Positions 20,302 through 31,831 of a stretch of 64,000 nt of DNA are shown here, piece after piece. The notes under the pieces were generated by a model. It searched no databases. It worked only from the letters and a program-made list of their open reading frames with translations, and was not told the DNA's origin. This stretch comes from Sutterella sp. GTDB taxonomy: Bacteria; Pseudomonadota; Gammaproteobacteria; Burkholderiales; Burkholderiaceae_F. The stretch spans positions 81,350 through 145,349 of the forward strand of contig DYBN01000054.1 in assembly GCA_019418605.1 (NCBI GenBank), given 5' to 3'. Both the position numbers and the translations under genes were made by a program. Positions within the stretch are counted from its first letter, which is position 1. Every line of letters starts with the position of its first letter.

Positions 20302-21274
20302 CGACAATCTCAATGCACCTGCGGCAAGCCCCTCGCAAACCGCCCGGCCCGCCAAAGAGCCCTCCCCAGGAAGTCTTGCTGCGTGGCTAGCCTGCATCCG
20401 GCCCAAAACGCTTGGCGTTGCCGCCGCCCCCGTTGCCGTGGGGCTTGGCGTTGCGGCCGCCGCCGGACATGAATTTCATGCATTGACGGCGCTTGCCACG
20501 CTCGTGCTGTCGCTTTTAATGCAGATCATCACCAACATGGAAAACGATGCGGGCTACACCAAGCGCAAGGCCGAAAGAAGCACCCGCAAGGGACTGCCGC
20601 GCGCCACGGCAAACGGCTGGCTCACGATTGCCGCAGTCGAGCGCGCCATCAAGTTTTGCATCCTGCTGGTTGTTGCCGACACGCTCTATTTGATCTCGCA
20701 GGGCGGCTGGGTGATGATTGTCATCAGTGCCGCCTCGGTCATTGCCGCCTACGCGTACATGGGCGGCCCCAAGCCCATTGCCTACACGCCTTGGGGAGAG
20801 TTTCTCGTCTTTGTCTTCTTCGGCCTTGTTGCCGTGGGAGGCACGTACTACCTGCAGTGCGCCAGGCTCGACCTCGCGCCTCTTTTGGCGGGCGCGGCCG
20901 TCGGAGCGCTTGCAGCCGGCGTTTTGGCCGTCAACAACTACCGCGACATCGAACACGACCGCGAGGTCGGCCGCCGCACGCTTGCCGTCGTTTTGGGAGC
21001 CAACGGCATGCGCAAGGCCTACGCCGCCATGATCATCTCGGCCTACGTCTTTTGCGCCGTCCTCGCCTTCCTGCAGCTTGAGCTCATCTTCATGCTCCTT
21101 GTTTTCCTCTGGGCCCCTGCGGGACGCGCTCTTATTGCAGACCTGCCGCGCTTTCGCGGCAACGATCTCAACGGCGTGATGTTTCGCACGGTCAAGCTTG
21201 AGCTGCGCTTTGCCTTTACCATGACGGCCGCTTCGCTTTTGGGCGCAGCGGGCTATGCACTGGGCTGGCTTTAG
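20294..21274 (+). CDS. menA: 1,4-dihydroxy-2-naphthoate polyprenyltransferase (UbiA superfamily)
   Basis: It is polytopic and has the motif '[22 protein letters not shown]', close to E. coli MenA 'NNLRDINSDRENGKNTLVVRLG', plus a first motif 'NMENDAGY'. The ATG at 20294 overlaps the lipB stop (ATGAATAA). Confidence 0.8.
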   Translation: MNNDNLNAPAASPSQTARPAKEPSPGSLAAWLACIRPKTLGVAAAPVAVGLGVAAAAGHEFHALTALATLVLSLLMQIITNMENDAGYTKRKAERSTRKGLPRATANGWLTIAAVERAIKFCILLVVADTLYLISQGGWVMIVISAASVIAAYAYMGGPKPIAYTPWGEFLVFVFFGLVAVGGTYYLQCARLDLAPLLAGAAVGALAAGVLAVNNYRDIEHDREVGRRTLAVVLGANGMRKAYAAMIISAYVFCAVLAFLQLELIFMLLVFLWAPAGRALIADLPRFRGNDLNGVMFRTVKLELRFAFTMTAASLLGAAGYALGWL

Positions 21275-21302
21275 CCCATCGAATCTTCTTTGCTTTTTCG
21301 CC

Positions 21303-22235
21303 ATGACAGACGAACCGCAAAAGGAAAAAGGCGCGCGCAAGTTCGAAAGACTCCCCATTCACGTTGACCGGAATGCGCCCCGACTGCCCAAACCCGCCTG
21401 GCTCAAGGTGCGTGCGCGCACGCACGACGCCCAAAGCGAGCGGGTCGCGGGCATTCTCGCCCAAGAGCGCCTTTCAACCGTCTGCCGCGAGGCCTCGTGC
21501 CCCAACATGGGCGAGTGCTTCTCGCACGGAACGGCCGCCTTTCTCATCATGGGAGAGGTGTGCACGCGGCGCTGCCCGTTCTGCGACGTCGCGCACGGCC
21601 GCCCCGCTCCCCTCGATGCCAACGAGCCGCAGCGCCTCGCGCAGGCCGCCTCTCTCATGGGCCTGCACTACGTGGTGGTCACAAGCGTGGATCGAGACGA
21701 TTTGTTCGACGGCGGCGCCTCTCACTACGCTGCCGTCATCCGTGCTCTGCGCCAAAAAATTAAGGCCGTGCAAATCGAAATACTGGTGCCCGACTTCAGA
21801 GGCAGGCTCCCGCGCGCCCTTGACATTTTGTGCAAGGAGCCGCCCGACGTCTTCAACCACAATCTCGAGACGGTGCCCTCGCTTTACCCCACCTGCCGCC
21901 CGGGAGCCGACTACGCGCATTCGCTTCGAGTTTTGCGCGAATTTAAGGATAGATGCCCGCAAATTCCAACAAAAAGCGGCATCATGCTTGGATTGGGAGA
22001 GACCGACGAGCAGGTCGAAGAGGTGCTGCGCGCGCTTTTGGAAAACGGCGTTGACATTGTCACGCTCGGACAGTACCTGGCCCCGAGCGCGCACCACATC
22101 CCGGTGCGCCGCTACGTGTCCCCGCAGGAATTTGCCGCCTGGCAGCAAAAGGCGCTTTCCATGGGCTTTAAAAAGGCCTTTGCCGGCGTTTTCGTGCGCT
22201 CAAGCTACCACGCTGGCGAGCTCGCGGCGCAATAG
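21303..22235 (+). CDS. lipA: Lipoyl synthase
   Basis: It has the radical-SAM '[10 protein letters not shown]' and the auxiliary cluster '[12 protein letters not shown]'. The start is taken at ATG 21303. Confidence 0.95.
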   Translation: MTDEPQKEKGARKFERLPIHVDRNAPRLPKPAWLKVRARTHDAQSERVAGILAQERLSTVCREASCPNMGECFSHGTAAFLIMGEVCTRRCPFCDVAHGRPAPLDANEPQRLAQAASLMGLHYVVVTSVDRDDLFDGGASHYAAVIRALRQKIKAVQIEILVPDFRGRLPRALDILCKEPPDVFNHNLETVPSLYPTCRPGADYAHSLRVLREFKDRCPQIPTKSGIMLGLGETDEQVEEVLRALLENGVDIVTLGQYLAPSAHHIPVRRYVSPQEFAAWQQKALSMGFKKAFAGVFVRSSYHAGELAAQ

Positions 22236-22270
22236 GCAAAAGAAAAGCCGCTTGCGCGGCCCTGTTCACT

Positions 22271-22293
22271 CCGCCCGTCGTTTTGACGGGCGG
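22271..22293. terminator. Hairpin between convergent lipA and the BON-lipoprotein gene
   Basis: A 9-bp stem, CCGCCCGTC with GACGGGCGG, closes a GTTTT loop. Confidence 0.55.
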
Positions 22294-22312
22294 CTGCTTC
22301 AAGATCGCTTCG

Positions 22313-23020
22313 CTAATTGAGCGGAACGCCTTCCTGCGTGTTTTGCTGCGCCGCGTTCTCGCGCTCGATATCGCGCATGCGCTGCGCAATGCGCTCGGCG
22401 CTCATGATGTCGCAGACGCTGATGACGCGCGCCACGCCGCTTGTGTGCGCGGCAACGTCAAGTGCAAGCGCATTCTCCTGCGGCGTCACGATGCCCATGA
22501 GGTAGACGATGCCGCGCTCGACCACGACCTTCATCTGGCTTAAATAGACCTCCTTGGTGGTCATCAGGAGCGAGCGCACCTTGGTGGCAAGCGAGGAGTC
22601 GCTCATGCGCTGAAAAAGCCCCACGCTTTCCATCACGGCAAGCTCATTGACGACCGAGGCGACGTCAAGGCTTCTTGCAGCCGTCGCTCCCGCCGTGGCC
22701 TTGGCCTGCTCGGTGGCGATTTCGCCCGAGAGCAGAAGCTTTCCGTTGTAGGCCGTCACCGTGATGTGCGAGTCCACGTCGTGCCCCACGGCCTGATCTA
22801 TTTCCCAGGCCACGCGCTTTTCGAGCACGGCGTCGTTGACGACGGCTCCCGCCGAGCGGCGGTCCGTGATGGTCGAGACCGTTGCGCCGGCCGTTACGGC
22901 AGCTCCGCCGACAACAAGCGGCGCGCAGCCCGAGGCAACCAGCACGGCGGCCGCGGCGCCCACCAAGGCGGCAATAACTTGCGTTCTCATAGATTTCTTC
23001 TCGTCCTCGTTGGTATTCAT
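22313..23020 (-). CDS. BON-domain lipoprotein (DolP/YraP/OsmY-like)
   Basis: It has the lipobox 'LVASGC' and two BON-like repeats ('...HITVTAYNGKLLLSGEI', '...MKVVVERGIVYLMGIV'). The start could be the internal ATG at 22990. Confidence 0.75.
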   Translation of the reverse strand: MNTNEDEKKSMRTQVIAALVGAAAAVLVASGCAPLVVGGAAVTAGATVSTITDRRSAGAVVNDAVLEKRVAWEIDQAVGHDVDSHITVTAYNGKLLLSGEIATEQAKATAGATAARSLDVASVVNELAVMESVGLFQRMSDSSLATKVRSLLMTTKEVYLSQMKVVVERGIVYLMGIVTPQENALALDVAAHTSGVARVISVCDIMSAERIAQRMRDIERENAAQQNTQEGVPLN

Positions 23021-23033
23021 GCAAAGCGCGCGC

Positions 23034-23825
23034 TCAACGCTTTAAATCGAGCTCCAGGCGGTCAAAAACCGTCGCCTTGGCAGACATCGGCACCAAGTCC
23101 TCGTGCATGCGCACAAAGGGCTGCATCCACTGCCAGTAGTGATCCAGGAGTTCGGCCTCGAGCGCAAACTCGCCGTTTACCCAGCGCAAAACCCCCTGAT
23201 CTGCCCAGCGGTGCACAACGTCATTGATTTCCTCGCCCCGGGCGGCAAGCAGCGCTGTGATGAGTTTACGCGAGGGCAACACCCTCGAAGCAACCCAGCG
23301 CTGCCGGGATGCCTTGCTTTTTTCCGGTGCGTACTGTCCTTGAGCGGCCAGAAGCGACGTGCAAAAGACTCCGAGACGCTCCTCGATGCTGCCTGCCTGC
23401 GTCACCATCAGTCCCAGGCGCTCGCTCATGGCGTGGCGCAGCGCATAGCTTGCCAGCTCGTGATTGAGCCGCTCGTCGACTTCCGAGAGACTCAAAACAA
23501 TCTCCGGCATGAGCGTGAGCACCTCGCAGTGCGTCGCCGCCCAGTAGCGCCGCGGCAGATTGTCCACGGCGTCGACCGCCCCGGCCGTGGCGCCGAAGCT
23601 TCCCTGCGCCGAGAGCGTCAGCATAAAGAGCCGGCTGCCGCCGGGATTGATGACGCCCTGCGCCAAAAGACCATCATGCACGTAAACCAGACGATTGAAA
23701 AACAAGGAGGAATTGAGCGTCTGGCCGCGTTCAAGCACGGCGCGGCGACCAAGACTCTGCACAACGCGGGAGACCGCTTGGGAGAGCTTGGGGGCAAACC
23801 ACGGCAAAAGAACGTCCGGCGACAT
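23034..23825 (-). CDS. Hypothetical protein, possibly a Crp/Fnr-like regulator
   Basis: Its size and layout resemble the Crp family: an N-terminal barrel-like region and a C-terminal HTH-like 'LPSRKLITALLAARGEEINDVVHRWADQGVL'. I recognise no strong motif. The track ORF extends to 23879. Confidence 0.4.
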   Translation of the reverse strand: MSPDVLLPWFAPKLSQAVSRVVQSLGRRAVLERGQTLNSSLFFNRLVYVHDGLLAQGVINPGGSRLFMLTLSAQGSFGATAGAVDAVDNLPRRYWAATHCEVLTLMPEIVLSLSEVDERLNHELASYALRHAMSERLGLMVTQAGSIEERLGVFCTSLLAAQGQYAPEKSKASRQRWVASRVLPSRKLITALLAARGEEINDVVHRWADQGVLRWVNGEFALEAELLDHYWQWMQPFVRMHEDLVPMSAKATVFDRLELDLKR

Positions 23826-23950
23826 GCTTGAGGCTTGAAAATAAACGATGAAACCGCTGATCCCGGTGATTTTACCCACGTTAAATAACGAAAATTCACC
23901 GGCCGGCGGGGGTCTTCAGCGTTGCCGCAGCGGCACTTTGCTCTCCGAGG

Positions 23951-24085
23951 CTGTGGATAACTCAATGCAATTTCTGTGGATAACTCAAGGCGTTTTGTGA
24001 AGAGCTAAACCCCACGAAAACGCCTCCACAAGTTATTCACCTCCATCCACAGTCTCTCCACAGCGTTTGCAATGTCTTATCCAGA
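23951..24085. promoter_or_regulatory. DnaA-box cluster A: two perfect boxes plus phased degenerate boxes
   Basis: TGTGGATAA occurs at 23952-23960 and 23975-23983, inside a 15-nt direct repeat CTGTGGATAACTCAA, and TGTGAAGAG at 23996. Opposite-orientation 9-mers then follow: GCCTCCACA (24022), TTATTCACC (24033), CCATCCACA (24043), CTCTCCACA (24054) and TTATCCAGA (24077). Confidence 0.6.
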
Positions 24086-24435
24086 AGGTTTTCAACATGC
24101 AAAGTATTTGATTTAAAAGAGAAAAACAACGATATCAACAGAGTTTCCCACATCTACTGTTTACTACATCTACGTAAAAATTTTTTCTTTTTAGGGATAA
24201 ATGGCGAAAGACTGCAAGCCGCTCAAGCGCTTCGCAAAGCGGTCTTCCAAACGCCGCGGAAAGGTTGATAAATAAGAAAAGGGAGGCTGTAGGATCAGGC
24301 TTGCTCCGTCATCTTTTTGACGCTGAGAATCCCCTTGCCGGAAGAACAAGCATTCTGGGTGGGCAGAAACCACCAGCGGAGCACCATCGAAGGTTTTTCA
24401 CAGCCGCCAACGCGCAATCGAATCAAAACAAGGCG

Positions 24436-24468
24436 AAAAAAAAGCTCTGACAAGAAGAGCGTCAGAGC
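24436..24468 (-). terminator. Rho-independent terminator downstream of the FadH-like gene
   Basis: On the minus strand, an 8-bp stem GCTCTGAC/GTCAGAGC is followed by a T8 run. Confidence 0.75.
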
Positions 24469-24497
24469 CGGATCAAAATCAAACCGCATCAAGGCCT

Positions 24498-26537
24498 TCA
24501 GACTTCCAAAGCCTTTTCAATGGCCTCGTGAACGGCTTCGTAAATGGGTAGGTAGCCCGAGTCTCTGGCCGCGGCGCCAATGCTGATGACGTTGACGCCT
24601 GCCGCGGAAAGGCGCATTTCAAGCTCATTGTTGGGAACCGCGCCGCAGCAAACAACGACGTGATCAACGCGCACGGCGTATCGGTCCTCGTGCCTTTCGC
24701 CCCAGCTTGCGCGCAGCGCGAAATTGTCGATTGCCTCAATGTTGGCGTCGCGCAGCGTCTGCGCGCCGCGCATCAAAAGCCACTGCAGCTCCCAGCGATC
24801 AACCGGCTCGCGCAGCACTTGATCGGTCTGACCGCGTTCGGACTCAACCAGATACACCTGCCGCAGGGGCGGCGCAATTTCGGGCACCACGCCCAAAACG
24901 CCGCCGCGGTTAAAGCGCATGTCGCCGATCCCCCAGGCTTTTTTCCACTGTTCGGCCGTCAGCTCCGCCTCTTCGAGCTGCTCGAGAAGATAGCGGCAGA
25001 CCGTGACGGAAACCGCATTGACGCCGATAACCGCCACGCGGTTTCCCACCGGCGCGTTCTCTCCCAAGAGTTCCTCGTAGGTAACGACGTTGGAAGAATC
25101 AATGCCGGGAAAATCCGGTATCTCCGGATCAGATCCGGCGGCGTTGACGACAAGATCGATGTCATTTAACGACAAAATGCTGCTTGTGTCTGCTTTTTCG
25201 TTTAAATGGATGTCAACTCCCGCCAAAATTAGATCTTTTTCCAGTAAGTCAATCCAGCGCTCAATTTTTGTCGTCTGTCTGATTTTTCCTACAAAACGGA
25301 CGGAGCCGCCCAAAAAATCCTGTTTTTCCAGCAAACGCACGAAGTGGCCCCGGCGGGCGGCCGTGAGGGCAAAAAGCATGCCGCTGATGCCGCCGCCCGC
25401 AACGAGGATGCGCCGCTTTTTGGCTGCGGGCACGAAGGCTTGCGGGAAGGCGTTGAAGGAAAAGGGGGAGCTCAGGCTAAAAAGCCGCCGGGTGCGCGAG
25501 AGCGCGTCGATGCGGGCGCACTCGGGGTATTCGATCCAGGGGTGAATGACGCCTTCGCTCGAGCCCAGAGACTTGCGAAGAAAATGGCTGTCGGCGACAA
25601 GCGGGCGGCCAAAGGCAATGAGAAGATTGGCTAGGCCCTCAATCGCCTGATCGGCGTCTTCGAGCGAGCCCAAATCTTCGTTGTAGATCACCGCCAAAGA
25701 GGTGTTTTCCGCCAGAAGCCGCACGGCGGGCAGCCACACGTCCCTGGGGATTGGGTGCAGGTACGTGGGAATGCGGTCTTCGGGCCCTCCGAACTCGGGC
25801 CGCAGGTAGTCGGCTCCGGCAATGCGAAGCATCTGAACAAGCCTTAGCGTCTCCTCCCAGTCGGCGCCGCGCGGGGAGAGTTCCATGAGATTAAAGCGCA
25901 CGCCGATGACAAAGTCGTCGCCCGCCGCCTTGCGGATGCCCCGCACGATGTCAAGCACGAATTTAAAGCGCGCAAGCTGCGTGGCGCCCCAGGCATCGTG
26001 CCTGCGGTTGCTTGCGGGGCTCAAAAACGAGGCCGCAAGCGAGCGGCCCGCCGCGTGCACTTCGACGCCGTCGTAGCCCGCCTCTTTGGCCAGCAGCGCC
26101 GTGTCGATAAATCCCGCGATGATGCGGCGGATAAGAAAGTGCGGTGCCCGCCAGGCCGTTGACTTCGACTTCTGCCTGACGGTGCTTGAAGACCATGCGG
26201 GCCAGGACGAGGCCTGAGCACCCGAGTGCACCAGCTGCAAAATGCTGCGGCAGTCTCGTTTCTTGAGAGCCGCATTGAGGGCCCGGTGGCGCGGGACGTC
26301 GATTGCCTCGTTAAAAACGCGCCACTTGGGGCTTGGCGCGCCGCTTGCATGCACAAGTCCTGCGCAGACCGTCACCATGCTCACGCCGTCGTCGGCGAGT
26401 TGTTCGAAAAAGCGCGAGAGCTCCGCAAGGCTCGGTTCAAATTCGAGTCCCGTAAAGATCGGCGCGGCCGTGATGCGGTTTTTGAGCTGCAGCCGCGCAC
26501 GGGAAAACGGGCACTGCAGGTTGTCAAAGGTCGGCAT
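24498..26537 (-). CDS. 2,4-dienoyl-CoA reductase (FadH)-like OYE/FAD two-domain flavoprotein, divergent
   Basis: It is collinear with E. coli FadH ('APVGNRVAVIG', 'VDHVVVCCGAVPNNEL') and keeps the FAD motif 'ILVAGGGISG'. The Fe-S cysteine motif and the second GxGxxG are degenerate. The start is taken at ATG 26537 (MPTFDNL). Confidence 0.75.
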   Translation of the reverse strand: MPTFDNLQCPFSRARLQLKNRITAAPIFTGLEFEPSLAELSRFFEQLADDGVSMVTVCAGLVHASGAPSPKWRVFNEAIDVPRHRALNAALKKRDCRSILQLVHSGAQASSWPAWSSSTVRQKSKSTAWRAPHFLIRRIIAGFIDTALLAKEAGYDGVEVHAAGRSLAASFLSPASNRRHDAWGATQLARFKFVLDIVRGIRKAAGDDFVIGVRFNLMELSPRGADWEETLRLVQMLRIAGADYLRPEFGGPEDRIPTYLHPIPRDVWLPAVRLLAENTSLAVIYNEDLGSLEDADQAIEGLANLLIAFGRPLVADSHFLRKSLGSSEGVIHPWIEYPECARIDALSRTRRLFSLSSPFSFNAFPQAFVPAAKKRRILVAGGGISGMLFALTAARRGHFVRLLEKQDFLGGSVRFVGKIRQTTKIERWIDLLEKDLILAGVDIHLNEKADTSSILSLNDIDLVVNAAGSDPEIPDFPGIDSSNVVTYEELLGENAPVGNRVAVIGVNAVSVTVCRYLLEQLEEAELTAEQWKKAWGIGDMRFNRGGVLGVVPEIAPPLRQVYLVESERGQTDQVLREPVDRWELQWLLMRGAQTLRDANIEAIDNFALRASWGERHEDRYAVRVDHVVVCCGAVPNNELEMRLSAAGVNVISIGAAARDSGYLPIYEAVHEAIEKALEV

Positions 26538-26776
26538 GAGCGTGGCGCCGTGTCTTTCAACGCAATCCTGCGGCTCTTGCCGCAAAAGAAAAACGCGCAA
26601 GGAATGAGGGCGGCGCGAGTGTGTCCTTGCTTGAAAACAATGGGTGACGATGGCCGATAATGGGCGCAGTTGATTCTATCACCGGGCCTTTTGCCGACAT
26701 CTTGCCGTCATTTTGACGACGCGTTCGCGGCAGTTTCGCGACCTTGTGCTCGTGTTTTGCGCGTTTTTCGCGTGCG

Positions 26777-27742
26777 TTACGGCGTCTCCGGCGGGGCGGC
26801 TTCAAGCTGCGCCAGGTTGTTGATGCCAAAGGGCACGAGCACGCTCGGAATGGTCGTTGCCGTGCTCTCCAGGTGCGAGAGCTGATCGTCAAAGAAGATG
26901 TGCGGCCGCATGATGTTGAGCACCCTGCTCTTTTGCAGTCCGTCCATCAAAAAGAGTTCGGCTGCGCTCATGCCGAGCGCTTTGAGCGTCGTGATGAGGC
27001 GCTCTTCGCTCGGGGCGCCGCGCGCCGTGACGATGGAAACGCGCAGCGCAGGCTTGTAGTACGGATCGTTTTCTCCCCGCTTGGCGTCAAGCGCCTGAAA
27101 CTGCGCGAGCTTGCGAAAGAGTTTGCTCAACGGGCCCGGTGCGTGCGGCGTCTCCTTCATGTCCGTCTCGTGCCGCTCAAAGCCCGCCAGACCGTCTTTT
27201 TGAAACTCGCGCTCGGCCTCGTCGTCGATGATGACGCCGTCAAAGTCAAAGGCAATCCTGAGCTCCCCGTCGTCGTCTTCTTCGCTGCTGAGCTGATTGG
27301 GCCCCACGGGCAGCACAAGCCCTGCCGGGTGATGCTTTTGAATGGCGCGGATCACGTTTTCCTTGTTCGCGCTCAGAAAAAGCGAGGCGTCGAAGGCTTC
27401 GATGTAGGGAAAGGTTGACTGGCCCGACGTGAAGGCGCCGGCCTTGATCGGCAGCTCGTAGTAGCGGCACGAGGCAAAAAAGCGCTGCCCCGTTTCCGGC
27501 GAGTTGCGGCTTAAAACCACGACGCGAAAGGGCTCCTCGGCCGGAAAGAGGCGGTTGATTCTCAAGAGCCTTGTCACAAAGGGAAAGGCCACGCCCGGCT
27601 GCAGGGGCTTGTCGCGGTTGTCGATCTGATACTTGCGGTAGGCGGCGATGCCCATGGACTCAAAGATTTGATGCTCATCCTCAAGATCAAAGAGCGCGCG
27701 GGAGCTGACGGCGACGACGAGTTGATTGTCCGTGGTCTTCAT
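26777..27742 (-). CDS. 5'-nucleotidase-family protein (cytosolic 5'-nucleotidase-like)
   Basis: The N-terminal 'LVVAVSSRALFDLEDEHQIF...YRKYQ' and 'IAFDFDGVI' resemble the bacterial 5'-nucleotidase family. Confidence 0.65.
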   Translation of the reverse strand: MKTTDNQLVVAVSSRALFDLEDEHQIFESMGIAAYRKYQIDNRDKPLQPGVAFPFVTRLLRINRLFPAEEPFRVVVLSRNSPETGQRFFASCRYYELPIKAGAFTSGQSTFPYIEAFDASLFLSANKENVIRAIQKHHPAGLVLPVGPNQLSSEEDDDGELRIAFDFDGVIIDDEAEREFQKDGLAGFERHETDMKETPHAPGPLSKLFRKLAQFQALDAKRGENDPYYKPALRVSIVTARGAPSEERLITTLKALGMSAAELFLMDGLQKSRVLNIMRPHIFFDDQLSHLESTATTIPSVLVPFGINNLAQLEAAPPETP

Positions 27743-27770
27743 GGTCGTTGATTTTTGGGCCCTGAAACAG

Positions 27771-27800
27771 CAAAAAAGCCCGAAACGAGCGGGCCTTTTT
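27771..27800 (-). terminator. Rho-independent terminator after gyrB
   Basis: On the minus strand, a GCCCG...CGGGC stem is followed by TTTTTT. It lies between the gyrB stop and the next gene's start. Confidence 0.6.
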
Positions 27801-27813
27801 GCATTGAAAATCG

Positions 27814-30381
<2,568 letters not shown>

Positions 30382-30593
30382 TCAAATTTTCGTGTAAAGG
30401 TCAAGATTGCCGCCGCCGGTTTTGCTGCGCTTGAAAACCTTGCGCCAATGCAGCGAAAAAATCGCGTTGCATTGGCGCTCTTTGCGGGATCCGGAAAATT
30501 GGGCGGCCAAAGGGGACTTTGGACTTTGCCCGAAGGCCCCCTGCCGTTTTGCTCGTGCACAGACAAAAATCGTGCGGCACGAGGCGGTGCACG

Positions 30594-31709
30594 TTAAATG
30601 CGCATCGGCATCAGCACGTAGCGGAAGTTTTCGCTCTCGGGCATCGTCAGCAGCGTGGCGCCCTGGTTATTGGCAAAGGCAAAGCGCACTTCGCTGTTTT
30701 TGAGGTTTCCGAGAACGTCAAGCAGGTAGACGACGTTAAAGCCCAGATCGAGTTCGTCGCCCTCGTAGTTGATGGCGATTTCCTCAACGGCCTCCTCCAT
30801 GTCGGCGTTGGCGCTCTGAATCTGCAGGCAGCCGGGCTTGACGAGCCAGCGCAGGCCCTTGAACTTCTCGTTGGCAAGCACGGCCGCGCGTCTTAGCGCG
30901 CCGATGAGCTGCTCGCGGTTGATGAGGAAGATTTTGTCATTGTGCTGCGGAATGACGCGCTTGTAGTCGGGGTACTTGCCGTCGACGAGCTTGGTGAGAA
31001 ATTCGATGCTACCAAAGGTAAAGCGCGCCTGATTGGCCGAGAGCTCCACCCGCACGGGAGCGTCGCTCTCCGGGAGCAGCTTCATGAGCTGCTGGACGGT
31101 CTTGCGCGGCAAGATGGCCTCGATCGGGCGCTCTTCGTCGGTGGTGATCTCAAGCGCGGCGTCGCAGCAGGCCAGACGGTGCCCGTCGGTGGCAACCGTG
31201 CGCACAAGCCCGTTTTCAATTGAGAGCAGCATGCCGTTGAGGTAGTAGCGGATGTCCTGCTGGGCCATGGCAAAGTGCACCATCTGCAGCAGGTGCTTGA
31301 GCACGTTTGCGGGCAGCGTGAAGTCGTGGTCGATCGCCGCCACGGGCAGCACCGGGTACTCCTCGGCGGACATCTGCGAGAGTGAAAAGCGCGAGTTGTC
31401 GGCGCGAAGCACCACCTTCTTGCCGTCAACGAGCATGGAGACCTCGGTCGAGGCGCTCGGCAGCGCCGTCAAGAGGGCGATGAGCTTGCCTGCGGGCACG
31501 GTGGCTTTCACCTGCTCGGCGCCGACGCCGATCTGGGCGCTCGTGCGAATCTGGATTTCAAGGTCGGTTGTGGTGAAGGTGACTTCGCTACCGTTTGCGT
31601 CGACCAGAATGTTGGAGAGAATGGGAAGCGTCTGACGGCCTTCCACGATTCCCCCCACAATCTGCAGAGGTTTCAGAAGCGCCTCGCGCGTACATTGGAT
31701 GAACTGCAT
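30594..31709 (-). CDS. dnaN: DNA polymerase III beta sliding clamp
   Basis: It is 371 aa, starts 'MQFIQCTREALLKPLQIVGGIVE' and ends '...MPMRI'. It lies between dnaA and gyrB. Confidence 0.97.
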   Translation of the reverse strand: MQFIQCTREALLKPLQIVGGIVEGRQTLPILSNILVDANGSEVTFTTTDLEIQIRTSAQIGVGAEQVKATVPAGKLIALLTALPSASTEVSMLVDGKKVVLRADNSRFSLSQMSAEEYPVLPVAAIDHDFTLPANVLKHLLQMVHFAMAQQDIRYYLNGMLLSIENGLVRTVATDGHRLACCDAALEITTDEERPIEAILPRKTVQQLMKLLPESDAPVRVELSANQARFTFGSIEFLTKLVDGKYPDYKRVIPQHNDKIFLINREQLIGALRRAAVLANEKFKGLRWLVKPGCLQIQSANADMEEAVEEIAINYEGDELDLGFNVVYLLDVLGNLKNSEVRFAFANNQGATLLTMPESENFRYVLMPMRI

Positions 31710-31831
31710 GAAATCAACCTTTTCTCGTAATCAAAACTGAAGCCGAAGCAAAACTTCGGCCCGTCTGTGGATTTTAATGAAAAACTACCCGGCTGTCGCC
31801 TGGTGCGCGGGGCGAAAATCGTTGATTTTCC

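Noticed and set aside
23618-23965. A 115-aa minus-strand ORF, and the small ORFs at 24191-24586 across the DnaA-box and AT-rich intergenic region.
   Set aside because: They overlap the Crp-like gene out of frame or run through repeat and AT-rich sequence. They have no motifs and an implausible composition.
24201-24275. A 24-aa highly basic small ORF (MAKDCKPLKRFAKRSSKRRGKVDK) after an AGGGA motif in the AT-rich locus.
   Set aside because: There is no homology or other support. It is short enough to arise by chance, and the AT-rich context makes spurious ATG/RBS-like strings likely. It is noted only in case ribosome profiling shows translation.
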